Source: Candidatus Latescibacterota bacterium
GTDB taxonomy: Bacteria; Latescibacterota; UBA2968; UBA8231
DNA: 64,000 bases
Reading direction: 5' to 3'
Assembly (NCBI GenBank): GCA_965217585.1
Contig: OZ244561.1
Location: forward strand, 3,840,001 to 3,904,000
The translations under genes and the position numbers were made by a program. The notes below the pieces were generated by a model that saw nothing but the letters and a program-made list of their open reading frames with translations, did not search any database and was not told the DNA's origin. This document shows positions 17,956 through 26,124 of this stretch, one piece after another (position 1 is the first letter of the stretch; the number at the start of each line of letters is the position of its first letter).

Positions 17956-18212
17956 CACAAACAACCGAAAACGCAATACTCACAATTGAGAACGGCGTGT
18001 TTCACAGCAAAGAGGACTTTGTGAGCGGCACGCCCGTTTTTGTGGGGACCCGCGTACCAATAAAGAACCTGTTTGATTATCTGGCGGGCGGGCACAGTCT
18101 GGACGAATTTCTGGACGACTTCCCGAGCGTAAGCCGCGAGCAGGCAATCAGGACGATTGATATGGCGAGGGAAGTCTTGGAGAGTATTGCTTATGAGACT
18201 GCTGCTCGATGA
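17952..18212 (+). CDS. DUF433 family antitoxin
   Basis: SGTPVFVGTRVPIKNLFDYLAGGHSLDEFLDDFPSVSREQA. Confidence 0.9.
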   Translation: MTQTTENAILTIENGVFHSKEDFVSGTPVFVGTRVPIKNLFDYLAGGHSLDEFLDDFPSVSREQAIRTIDMAREVLESIAYETAAR

Positions 18213-18261
18213 GTCAGTGCCAATGCAGCTAAGAAGCTCTTTTCTAAATTGCGCCGCTTAG
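18193..18261 (+). pseudogene. Truncated DUF5615/PIN-like toxin
   Basis: MRLLLDESVPMQLRSSFLNCAA* overlapping the DUF433 3-prime end; classic PIN-like N-terminus, stops after 22 codons. Confidence 0.75.
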
Positions 18262-18272
18262 CCCAAGAAATC

Positions 18273-19598
18273 ATGAAATATCTTTTTTCGATCTTCCAGA
18301 TCGTTCTTATCGTCCTGCTCATCCTCTTGGTGGTAATTTTTGTAGTCGTCATGTCCTCTGAAAATCCCGAGTGGATTTTCGATCTTTTAGGGGTAGCTGA
18401 AAAAGGGGAATCAAAAAACGAGGCTTTGAAATTTCTGGGCATCGGCATGGGTGGTATCTTGATCGCCCTGCAAGCCCTGATGTCCTATAAGCGCGCCAAG
18501 GCGATGGAGGATACCGCACAAGCGCAGGCCGATGCTGTACTGAAAACCGAGCAGGGACAGCAGCAGGAGCGATTTAGAAACGCTATCGAGCATCTCGGAC
18601 ACGAAAAGGACTCCGTGCGCCTAGGCGGAGCCTACGAACTCTTCCACCTAGCGCAAGACACTGAAGATTTGCGCCAGACAGTGCTGGATGTTCTCTGCGC
18701 TCATATCCGCCAGACGACGGGCGAATACGAGTATCAGAATCAGAAAAAGTATAAGGTCCCGGAAGACGCGTCATACGTGTCAGAACCCTCGGAAGAAGTC
18801 CAGAGTCTGTTGAATCTGTTGTTTGTTCAAGAGCATGATGTTTTCAAAGGACTAAGTGCCGACTTGAGGGGAAGCAGGATGATGGGTGCCGATCTCAGGA
18901 TAGCGCGTCTAGAAAGTGCTGTCTTGGTCGGAGTGGATCTACAAGAGGCGGACCTCACAAGAGCGAATCTACAAGGGGCGAACCTCACGGAGGCTCAACT
19001 GCAAGGAGCAAACCTCGATGCGGCAAATCTACAAGGGGCGAACCTCACAAGAGCGAACCTACAAGGGGTGGACCTAAAGGGAGCGAACCTGCAAGGGGTG
19101 GACCTAAAGGGAGCGAACCTGCAAAGGGCGAACCTGCAAAGGGCGAAGCTACAAGGAGTCGTGCTTTGGGCGGCAGAACTGCAAGGGGTGGACCTCATGG
19201 AGGCTCAACTACAAGCGGCTAATCTTTCGGAAGCTAAACTGCAAGAGGCAAATCTCACGCAGGCTCAACTGCAAGGAGTTATTAGCAAAAAGAACTGTTT
19301 AATTTCATTTGAAAAACGCATTAGAACTCAAACTGGCAAAGAAAGCGATCTGAGCGGAATTACCTTTGAGGGCGGATTGGGGCAAGATACTCTGGATTGC
19401 ATTGTCGGGGATCTCCCCGTTGAAGCAGATAAGAAGTTACGAGAAAAGCTGACACGGCACCTCGACAAACCGAAAAGTAATAAACTGCCGAAAAACAGCG
19501 GTGCCATCACTGGCACCTATACCAGAGAAGACGCCGAAAAATGGATCGCCGAATACAACGAAGCCATGCCATCCGTCCCCAAAGAGGACACTGACTAA
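18273..19598 (+). CDS. Membrane-anchored pentapeptide-repeat protein
   Basis: Two N-terminal hydrophobic helices, ERFRNAIEHLG...VRLGGAYEL, then many A(N/D/Q)L(Q/T/K)x repeats (~18860-19280). Confidence 0.9.
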   Translation: MKYLFSIFQIVLIVLLILLVVIFVVVMSSENPEWIFDLLGVAEKGESKNEALKFLGIGMGGILIALQALMSYKRAKAMEDTAQAQADAVLKTEQGQQQERFRNAIEHLGHEKDSVRLGGAYELFHLAQDTEDLRQTVLDVLCAHIRQTTGEYEYQNQKKYKVPEDASYVSEPSEEVQSLLNLLFVQEHDVFKGLSADLRGSRMMGADLRIARLESAVLVGVDLQEADLTRANLQGANLTEAQLQGANLDAANLQGANLTRANLQGVDLKGANLQGVDLKGANLQRANLQRAKLQGVVLWAAELQGVDLMEAQLQAANLSEAKLQEANLTQAQLQGVISKKNCLISFEKRIRTQTGKESDLSGITFEGGLGQDTLDCIVGDLPVEADKKLREKLTRHLDKPKSNKLPKNSGAITGTYTREDAEKWIAEYNEAMPSVPKEDTD

Positions 19599-19673
19599 TG
19601 CCCACTCTCCACTAGCTAAAGAGACGAAGACACTACCGCCGCCTCATCAGTCCCCTATCGTTTCCTCGGAAAC
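19598..19673 (+). pseudogene. Relic of the N-terminus of a type III Mod-like DNA methyltransferase
   Basis: MPTLH*L then, after a frameshift, RDEDTTAASSVPYRFL; TAATG coupling to the upstream gene. Confidence 0.5.
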
Positions 19674-19768
19674 CTTTGCGTATGTTGGCTACAGTGGCGA
19701 GCCGGTGGTCACTCCGCCTCAGCCGCTTCAAGAATCTCAGCTACATCAATTTCGGGCGTCAGCACCGG

Positions 19769-22576
19769 CTACGGCGCGATAGAAGAAAGCCGCCATAGGA
19801 GGATCGCGCCAGCCCTTTCGCCAGATGCCAAAAGCGAGCCGTCCGGAGAAAACGACACGGAAAAAACCTCAGACGTATGTGGCAGGGTGGCGACCTGACT
19901 ACGACCCGATACATCCCAAAGAATTACGTCGCCTGCCCCTCCCCCAGATGCCAAAAGCGAACCATCCGGAGAAAACGACACGGAATAGACCTCATCCGTA
20001 TGCGGCAGGGTGGCGACCTGACTCTGACCCGATACATTCCAAAGAATTACGTCGCCTGCCCCTCCCCCAGACGCCAGAAGTAAGCCATCCGGAGAAAACG
20101 ACATAGAACCGATCCAACCCGTATGCGGCAGGGTGGCGACCTGACTACCACTCGATACATCCCAAACGATTACGCCATCCTCTCCCCCAGATGCCAAAAG
20201 CGAACCATCCGGAGAAAACGACACGGAATAGACCTCATCCGTATGCGGCAGGGTGGCGACCTGACTCTGACCCGATACATTCCAAAGAATTACGTCGCCT
20301 GCCCCTCCCCCAGACGCCAGAAATAAGCCGTCCGGAGAAAACGACACGGAATAGACCCCACCCCTATGCCCTTGTAGGGTGACGACCTGACTCCGACTCA
20401 ATACATCCCAAACGATTACGTCGCCATCCTTTCCCCCAGACGCCAAAAGCGAACCATCTGGAGAAAACGATATAGATCTGACCCTGCTTGTGTGTCCTTG
20501 TAGAATGGCTAGCTGACTCCGACTCGATACATCCCAAAGAATTACGTCGCCATCCTCATTCCAAGGATTCCCTCCCCAAGGGTCCCTTTCCCCGGACGCC
20601 AAAAGCGAGCCGTCCGGAGAAAACGATACAGAACCGACGCCATCCGTATCCGTATGCGGCAGGGTGGCTAGCTGTGTCCAACTCGATACATCCCAAACGA
20701 TTACGCTATCCTCTCGTCTGGACGCCAAAAGCGAGCCGTCCGAAGAAAAAGACACGGAATTGACCCCCTCCGTATGCGGCAAGGCGGCTAGCTGTGTCCG
20801 ACTCGATATATCCCAAACGATTACGTCGCGACCGATTACGTCGCGACCTTCATCCCAAAAGCCAAAATCGAAAGCCAGCACCGAGCCGTCCGAAGAAAAA
20901 GACACGGAATTGACCCCATAATACGGCAGCGTGGCGACCCGAGTCCGACTCGATATATCCCAAAAGATTACGCCATCCCCTCCCCCAGACGCCAAAAGCA
21001 AACCATCCGAAGAAAACAATACAGACCTGACCCTATCCGTATGAGGCAGTTGGGTGGCTAGCGGTGTCTGACTCGATATATCCCAAAAGATTACGCCATC
21101 CCCTCCCCCAGACGCCAAAAGCGAGCCGTCCGGGGAAAAAGACACGGAATTGACCCCCTCCGTATGCGGCAGGGGGACTATCTGTGTCCGACTCGATACA
21201 TGCCAAAGGATTACGTTGCCATCCTCTCCCCCAGATGCCAAAAGCGAGCCATCCGGAGAAAAAGACACGGAATTGACCTCCTCCGTATGCCCTTGTAAGG
21301 TGGCTAGCGGTGTCTGACTCGATATATCCCAAAAGATTACCTTGCCATCCCCGTCCCCAGACACCAAAAGCGAGCCGTCCGGGGAAAACGATATAGAACC
21401 GACCCCATCCGTATGCCCGAGTCCGGCGAGCAGTGCCAGTTCACGAGAGGTCGCCACATCGTACAGCCATATACCAAGGCTTCCTGCCACCGCCAGAACC
21501 TGCCCATCGGGCGAGAACGCCACCGCCTCAGCCGTTCCTTTTCCCAAGCGAGCGACAGCACCCTCCGGTAAATTCCACGTTGAGTAATCGGCGGCATCTA
21601 GGTCGGTTGAACGATCGGCGACGTTTGGGGCGTCTGTAATGGATTGGCCAAGCCCCGCCGGCAGCGACGGATCGGACGGATTGGCACTGTATGTCGCAAT
21701 TAGCAGCACGTCGGCGGTCGTAAACTGGCCATCAGCATTGACATCGCCGAGAGCTATATCGCCGTTGTTCGGCGGCGTTATAGACGAATCAATGATGTAC
21801 AATGCCACCGCTAGCGCGTCGGCTAAATCAACTTGGCCATCGCCGTTGACATCCCCCAAAATACCGCCAGTCAACACCTTGCCCCGCGGCCGTGGCTCCA
21901 TCGCTTCAACCACTAGTTCCATCGGCACCATCCCCGCCCAAAAGTCTACATCTATGTATGTCGCCACCCCCGCACCCGCAACAGCGAGACCATACTTCCG
22001 ATCCGCCGCGTCCGTTGAGGACGTCGCCGCCGCTGGAGCCGCCCCTGCCACCACTCCCGCCTGCCCATCCACCAGCACCATCCGCCGCGTCAACACCCCA
22101 CCATCCGCTGTCAGCCGGTAGATATACACCCCGGCGGCCACCGCCTGCCCGGCCGCATCCGCCGCGTCCCAAGCCGCCGTGTGAAGGCCGGCCGGCCGCT
22201 CCTCATCCACCAGCGTTGCCATCCGCTGCCCCAACACATTGAACACTTCCAGCCGCACCCGTGCCGCCATCGGTAGCTGATACGGAATCACCGTCGAAGG
22301 ATTGAACGGATTGGGATAGTTCTGCCCTAGCGCAAAGTCAGTCGGCAAGGCCGTCCCTTTTTCCATAGAGAAAGCTCGCAACGGCAGCGCAAAATGCCCG
22401 GCCTCGTCCGTCGTCGTGCCGACGAACCGGCGTAGATCGGTTAGATCAAACAACCGCACCTGCGCGCCCGCCGCTGGTTGCCCAGACGACAGCCGCACTC
22501 GTCCCTTAAGCAGCGGCTCCGCATCGACGCTGACGCTCAACATCAGCGCGATGAGACCGCCGATAAACAACTTCAT
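19769..22576 (-). CDS. Secreted WD40-repeat protein with signal peptide, FlgD-Ig/T9SS-CTD-like domain and dockerin-like domain
   Basis: Signal peptide; LGQNYPNPFNPST...GVYIYRL; GDVNGDGQVDLAD/GDVNADGQFTTAD; LPEGAVARLGKG; about 14 repeats of HT..V.SVSFSPDGSLLASGG.DG.VI.WD. Confidence 0.9.
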   Translation of the reverse strand: MKLFIGGLIALMLSVSVDAEPLLKGRVRLSSGQPAAGAQVRLFDLTDLRRFVGTTTDEAGHFALPLRAFSMEKGTALPTDFALGQNYPNPFNPSTVIPYQLPMAARVRLEVFNVLGQRMATLVDEERPAGLHTAAWDAADAAGQAVAAGVYIYRLTADGGVLTRRMVLVDGQAGVVAGAAPAAATSSTDAADRKYGLAVAGAGVATYIDVDFWAGMVPMELVVEAMEPRPRGKVLTGGILGDVNGDGQVDLADALAVALYIIDSSITPPNNGDIALGDVNADGQFTTADVLLIATYSANPSDPSLPAGLGQSITDAPNVADRSTDLDAADYSTWNLPEGAVARLGKGTAEAVAFSPDGQVLAVAGSLGIWLYDVATSRELALLAGLGHTDGVGSISFSPDGSLLVSGDGDGKVIFWDISSQTPLATLQGHTEEVNSVSFSPDGSLLASGGEDGNVILWHVSSRTQIVPLPHTEGVNSVSFSPDGSLLASGGGDGVIFWDISSQTPLATQLPHTDRVRSVLFSSDGLLLASGGGDGVIFWDISSRTRVATLPYYGVNSVSFSSDGSVLAFDFGFWDEGRDVIGRDVIVWDISSRTQLAALPHTEGVNSVSFSSDGSLLASRREDSVIVWDVSSWTQLATLPHTDTDGVGSVSFSPDGSLLASGERDPWGGNPWNEDGDVILWDVSSRSQLAILQGHTSRVRSISFSPDGSLLASGGKDGDVIVWDVLSRSQVVTLQGHRGGVYSVSFSPDGLFLASGGGAGDVILWNVSGQSQVATLPHTDEVYSVSFSPDGSLLASGGEDGVIVWDVSSGSQVATLPHTGWIGSMSFSPDGLLLASGGGAGDVILWNVSGQSQVATLPHTDEVYSVSFSPDGSLLASGGGAGDVILWDVSGRSQVATLPHTSEVFSVSFSPDGSLLASGERAGAILLWRLSSIAP
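19939..20322. repeat. Identical 141-nt direct repeat within the WD40 gene (19939-20079 and 20182-20322)
   Basis: Base-by-base comparison, offset 243 nt (two WD units). Confidence 0.85.
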
Positions 22577-22608
22577 ACGGTCAATTCCTTTACCGAATTT
22601 TAATGATA

Positions 22609-22635
22609 TAGGGCGTCCACAAGGGAACGCCCTAC
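22609..22635. repeat. REP-like hairpin TAGGGCGTCCACAAGGGAACGCCCTAC
   Basis: Stem TAGGGCGT/ACGCCCTA ending in CTAC (GTAG on the reverse strand), as in GTAG-family REP elements. Confidence 0.5.
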
Positions 22636-22746
22636 GCAGTGAGCAGCATTTATGAGGCAGTTTCTACCCGATTATCGTCCGAGTAGCTTGGTCGAGGCAC
22701 GCGGACGGCGGCGTGAGCGGTCATCTTTCCTCTGGAGCGATCAGGC

Positions 22747-23031
22747 TCATGCAGCGAATTGGAGCCGAACCCCGCAAGCTCTGACAATTTTGTGAACGGT
22801 GTCAATCTTCGGGGTATTCTGCGCCGAGAGCGCACGAGACAGACCCGATGGGTTCAGGCCGGTTCGGCGCGCCAGTTCCGATACGCCACCGATGGCGTCA
22901 GCGACGTTGCGAAGCGCAATCATCAAGTCCTCGTGGTCAGTATCGGAGTCTTCGAACACGACATTCAGATAGGCCGCGATGTCCTCGGGCGTTTTCAGGT
23001 AATCGCTGGCCTTATGTTCTCTTACGGGCAT
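22747..23031 (-). CDS. Addiction module antidote protein (HigA-like HTH antitoxin)
   Basis: MPVREHKASDYLKTPEDIAAYLN...ALRNVADAIGGVSELARRTGL...LSRALS...PKIDT; start placed at ATG 23031. Confidence 0.9.
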   Translation of the reverse strand: MPVREHKASDYLKTPEDIAAYLNVVFEDSDTDHEDLMIALRNVADAIGGVSELARRTGLNPSGLSRALSAQNTPKIDTVHKIVRACGVRLQFAA

Positions 23032-23155
23032 TTCGTTTCTCCTGTTTGTACGCTTTCCAGTGGATTCGGGCTTGCTCAATATCGCAGTCTTGACTCTTCT
23101 TCGTTCCGCCCGCAAGCAGGATCACGATGTTGTGTCCATCCCGGCCGTAGTCGAT
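23012..23155 (-). pseudogene. C-terminal remnant of addiction module killer toxin (RelE/HigB-like)
   Basis: IDYGRDGHNIVILLAGGTKKSQDCDIEQARIHWKAYKQEKRNARKRT* with no start codon; abuts the oxidoreductase stop. Confidence 0.85.
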
Positions 23156-24163
23156 CTACCCAATCTTCACCGTCCGCTGTCCCTTCCCAGCCCTCAACAC
23201 AGCCGTCGCAATCTCCAAGGCGGCGATCCCGTCTTCTCCAGTCACTAAGGGCTGTTCGCCATTGGCAAAGCACTTGACCACGTGTTTGTCCTGCTCGGCG
23301 AACATGTCCTTGAGCGGATAGGAGTACACCCGCTCGCGGCCCTCGCCCATCTTGAGCGTAAAAGCACCGCTTTTTTGCGAATTGAAGCGCGCCGGGGCCT
23401 TCTGCGCAGTCATGCCAAATTGCAGGGAGCCGGCCGGGCCAATCACATCGTTGAGGCTCGCCACGGGCGCACCAGCGGCCACGCCCCAAGACCAGATCAA
23501 GGAGTGCTGGTCGCCGCTGGCGAAGTTGACGATGACGCTAGCGGTGTCAGCGCCGACGCTGGTGGGGTCGAATTGCAGGGAAGAGGCTTGCGCCGAAGCG
23601 GCTGGGCCAAAAATCTGCAAGGCGAAATCGTAGTTGTGCACGGCACCGTCCATCAGCGGACCGCCACCTTTGTTCTCATCGCGGAACCACGGACGGCCCG
23701 GGCGGCCCCCTCCAGCAAAGCGCCAGATGACCGGCTCGCCGACGGCACCGGATTGGATGATCTCCTTGAGCTTGCCCCACTGAGCGTCAAAGCGGCGCAC
23801 AAAGCCGATGGTCAGCCGCACGTCAGCTTGGCTGCAAGCACGCGCCATGCGCCGCGCATCAGCCACCTTCAGCGCCATGGGCTTTTCGCAGAACACGTGC
23901 TTGCCGGCTTTGGCCGCGGCGATGACCGGCGCGGGATGCTGGAAAGTGGGGGTACAGACCCACACCGCGTCAATCTCGGGCAGATCGAGCACCGCTCGGA
24001 AGTCCGCGAAGTGGTGTTCGGCCCCGAAGTCGCGGGCGAACGCTGCGGCCGCGTCGGCGACGACATCCGCGGCCGCGAGAATGCGCGCACCCCGGATCTG
24101 GGATAAGCAACTAGCGTGATGGCGGGCAATGCCGCCGCAGCCGATAAAACCGATATTCAGCAT
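23156..24163 (-). CDS. Gfo/Idh/MocA family oxidoreductase
   Basis: IGFIGCGGIA, HVFCEKPMA, GFVRRF, GGGPLMDGAVH. Confidence 0.92.
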   Translation of the reverse strand: MLNIGFIGCGGIARHHASCLSQIRGARILAAADVVADAAAAFARDFGAEHHFADFRAVLDLPEIDAVWVCTPTFQHPAPVIAAAKAGKHVFCEKPMALKVADARRMARACSQADVRLTIGFVRRFDAQWGKLKEIIQSGAVGEPVIWRFAGGGRPGRPWFRDENKGGGPLMDGAVHNYDFALQIFGPAASAQASSLQFDPTSVGADTASVIVNFASGDQHSLIWSWGVAAGAPVASLNDVIGPAGSLQFGMTAQKAPARFNSQKSGAFTLKMGEGRERVYSYPLKDMFAEQDKHVVKCFANGEQPLVTGEDGIAALEIATAVLRAGKGQRTVKIG

Positions 24164-24377
24164 GATCTTCTCCTATTGTCACGTAGGTGGTTGCGGGAAC
24201 AAAGTAATGGCGTCTGGCGTGACGTTTGTCAAGGGATTGCCCGAAATCCAAAAGAGGCAACTTATTGTCAAACAAAATGTTACAACGCCTATAACCGCTC
24301 GGCTTACCTTGACTTTTCCCTAGCCCAAGTATAGCTTTTCTAATTCTTTTCTCTCTGGGAAAGGCAAGCAAAAGGTC

Positions 24378-26120
24378 GTGCAGACCTCATTTCGCATACT
24401 AGTCGCGCTGGCGTCGTTGCTCTTAGCCACTCCCGCGCTCCGCGCACAACCTCTCATGGAGCCAAGCGAGTTGCGCCGCGGCATGAGCGGCTTTGGGCTG
24501 ACGACCTTCCAAGGCACTGAGATCGACACCTTCCAAGTCGAAATTTTGGGGGTGCTAAAAGGGGCCTTGGGGCCGCGCATGGACATGATCCTCGCGCGGC
24601 TCTCTGGCGGCCCATTGGCGCACACGGGTCTCATAAGGGGCATGAGCGGCAGCCCGGTGTACATCGACGGGCGGCTCATCGGTGCCATTTCCTACGGCTG
24701 GTACTTTTCCAAGGACCCCATCGGCGGTATCACCCCCATCGCTCATATGCTCGAAGTCGCCACGCGCGAACATCCCACACCAAGCCAGTACGGAAAAGCT
24801 TTAAAACTAGACGAAGAAACCACTCGCCTGCTCGGCGGCGAGGGCGTCAGCACCCTAGCGCCGCTGGGGATGCCCATAGCCATTGCCGGCTTCAGTCCGC
24901 GGGGGCGGCAAGTGTTGCGCGACGCGCTCGACGCGCCGGGCATCCAGCTTTTGGATAGCCCGGCAGGGCAGGCACTGCCCGACCAAGAGGTGCCCTTCGC
25001 GCCTGGGGCCTCGCTGGCCGTGCAGCTAATCCGCGGTGATTACAGTGCCGCGGCGATTGGCACCCTTACTTGGGTCGGCGACGGGCGTTTCGTCGGCTTT
25101 GGGCATCCGATGTTTTTGCTGGGGGCCACCAACCTGCCCGCCACCGGGGCCTATATCCACCAAGTCATTCCCATTCAGACCGCCTCCTTCAAACTGGGGA
25201 CGCCGACCGGCGCAATGGGGGCGGTGCGCCAAGACCGCCTGCCCGCGATCGCCGGGACGCTGGGCGCGACGCCGGACATGCTGCCGGTGCAGGTTGCCCT
25301 GCGGTCGGCGGCTGGCGATCACGCCTTCCGCTGCGAGGTGCTGCGCCACCCCGATCTTAGCGCGTCCTTGGTCCGCTCGGTTTTGTTCAACTCTCTCGAA
25401 ACGGCTGAAAAGCTCTTTGGCGACGCCACGCTGCGGATGCGCAGCCACATCGCGCTGGCCGATGGCCGCACGGTGGAGCGCGAGCAAGTGTACAGCAGTG
25501 GGATCGCGCTACTTCGCGCCGTGATAGACGCAGTGCAGCCGGTCGGCGTGCTGCTCAACAACCCCTTCGCCGGGCTGACTTTAGACTCGCTGCACTTTGA
25601 GTTGGAAATCGGCGAAACCCTAGCGCAAGCCCGCATCACGGGTCTGCGGCTGTCGCCGCCCGATCCCAAGGCTGGGCAGCGGGTTTCGCTGCAAGCGACG
25701 TTGCAACCGTATCGCGCCGAGCCGGTTACAGAGCGCATGGAGTTGGATTTGCCCGCTCATCTCGAACCCGGCCCCTTCGTCGTGCGCGTCGGCAGCGGTG
25801 TGGCGAGTACGGGTTGGGAAGCGGCACGCCGGCCCGATGCGTTTATACCGCGCAATACCTCCGACTTGCTCGCCTTGCTCGAGCGCACAGGCGCCGCCGA
25901 CGAGTTGGTCGTCGAGGTCTTTCGCGCCAGCCCTGGCTTCACGGTGGACGGACGCGAGTTGCCCGGGCTGCCTCCCTCGGCGTTGGCCGTGCTGAGCGCG
26001 GACCGCTCGGCGGGACATCTGGGGCCGGTGCAAGGCGAGGTCGTCCTCCGCCACACCCTGACCACTGACTACGTTCTCTTCGGCGAGCAAAGCCTCGACA
26101 TGACATTGAGAAAGCCCTGA
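24378..26120 (+). CDS. SpoIVB peptidase S55 domain protein
   Basis: Signal peptide, GMSGSPVYIDGRLIGAISYGW, GTLT, GFGHP. Confidence 0.88.
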   Translation: MQTSFRILVALASLLLATPALRAQPLMEPSELRRGMSGFGLTTFQGTEIDTFQVEILGVLKGALGPRMDMILARLSGGPLAHTGLIRGMSGSPVYIDGRLIGAISYGWYFSKDPIGGITPIAHMLEVATREHPTPSQYGKALKLDEETTRLLGGEGVSTLAPLGMPIAIAGFSPRGRQVLRDALDAPGIQLLDSPAGQALPDQEVPFAPGASLAVQLIRGDYSAAAIGTLTWVGDGRFVGFGHPMFLLGATNLPATGAYIHQVIPIQTASFKLGTPTGAMGAVRQDRLPAIAGTLGATPDMLPVQVALRSAAGDHAFRCEVLRHPDLSASLVRSVLFNSLETAEKLFGDATLRMRSHIALADGRTVEREQVYSSGIALLRAVIDAVQPVGVLLNNPFAGLTLDSLHFELEIGETLAQARITGLRLSPPDPKAGQRVSLQATLQPYRAEPVTERMELDLPAHLEPGPFVVRVGSGVASTGWEAARRPDAFIPRNTSDLLALLERTGAADELVVEVFRASPGFTVDGRELPGLPPSALAVLSADRSAGHLGPVQGEVVLRHTLTTDYVLFGEQSLDMTLRKP

Positions 26121-26124
26121 TATA

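Noticed and set aside
19800-21420. Regularly spaced repeats resembling a CRISPR array or a DGR template/variable pair
   Set aside because: Repeats are in-frame WD40 units with no unique spacers; no cas or reverse transcriptase gene in the window; the duplicated copies are identical rather than adenine-mutated
23012-23158. Amber read-through fusing the oxidoreductase to the toxin fragment
   Set aside because: The oxidoreductase is full length, no pyl genes are seen and TAG ends many genes here; the shared frame has a one-in-three chance
1500-24200. Prophage or intact mobile element explaining the accessory region
   Set aside because: No integrase, transposase, phage structural genes or flanking direct repeats recognised
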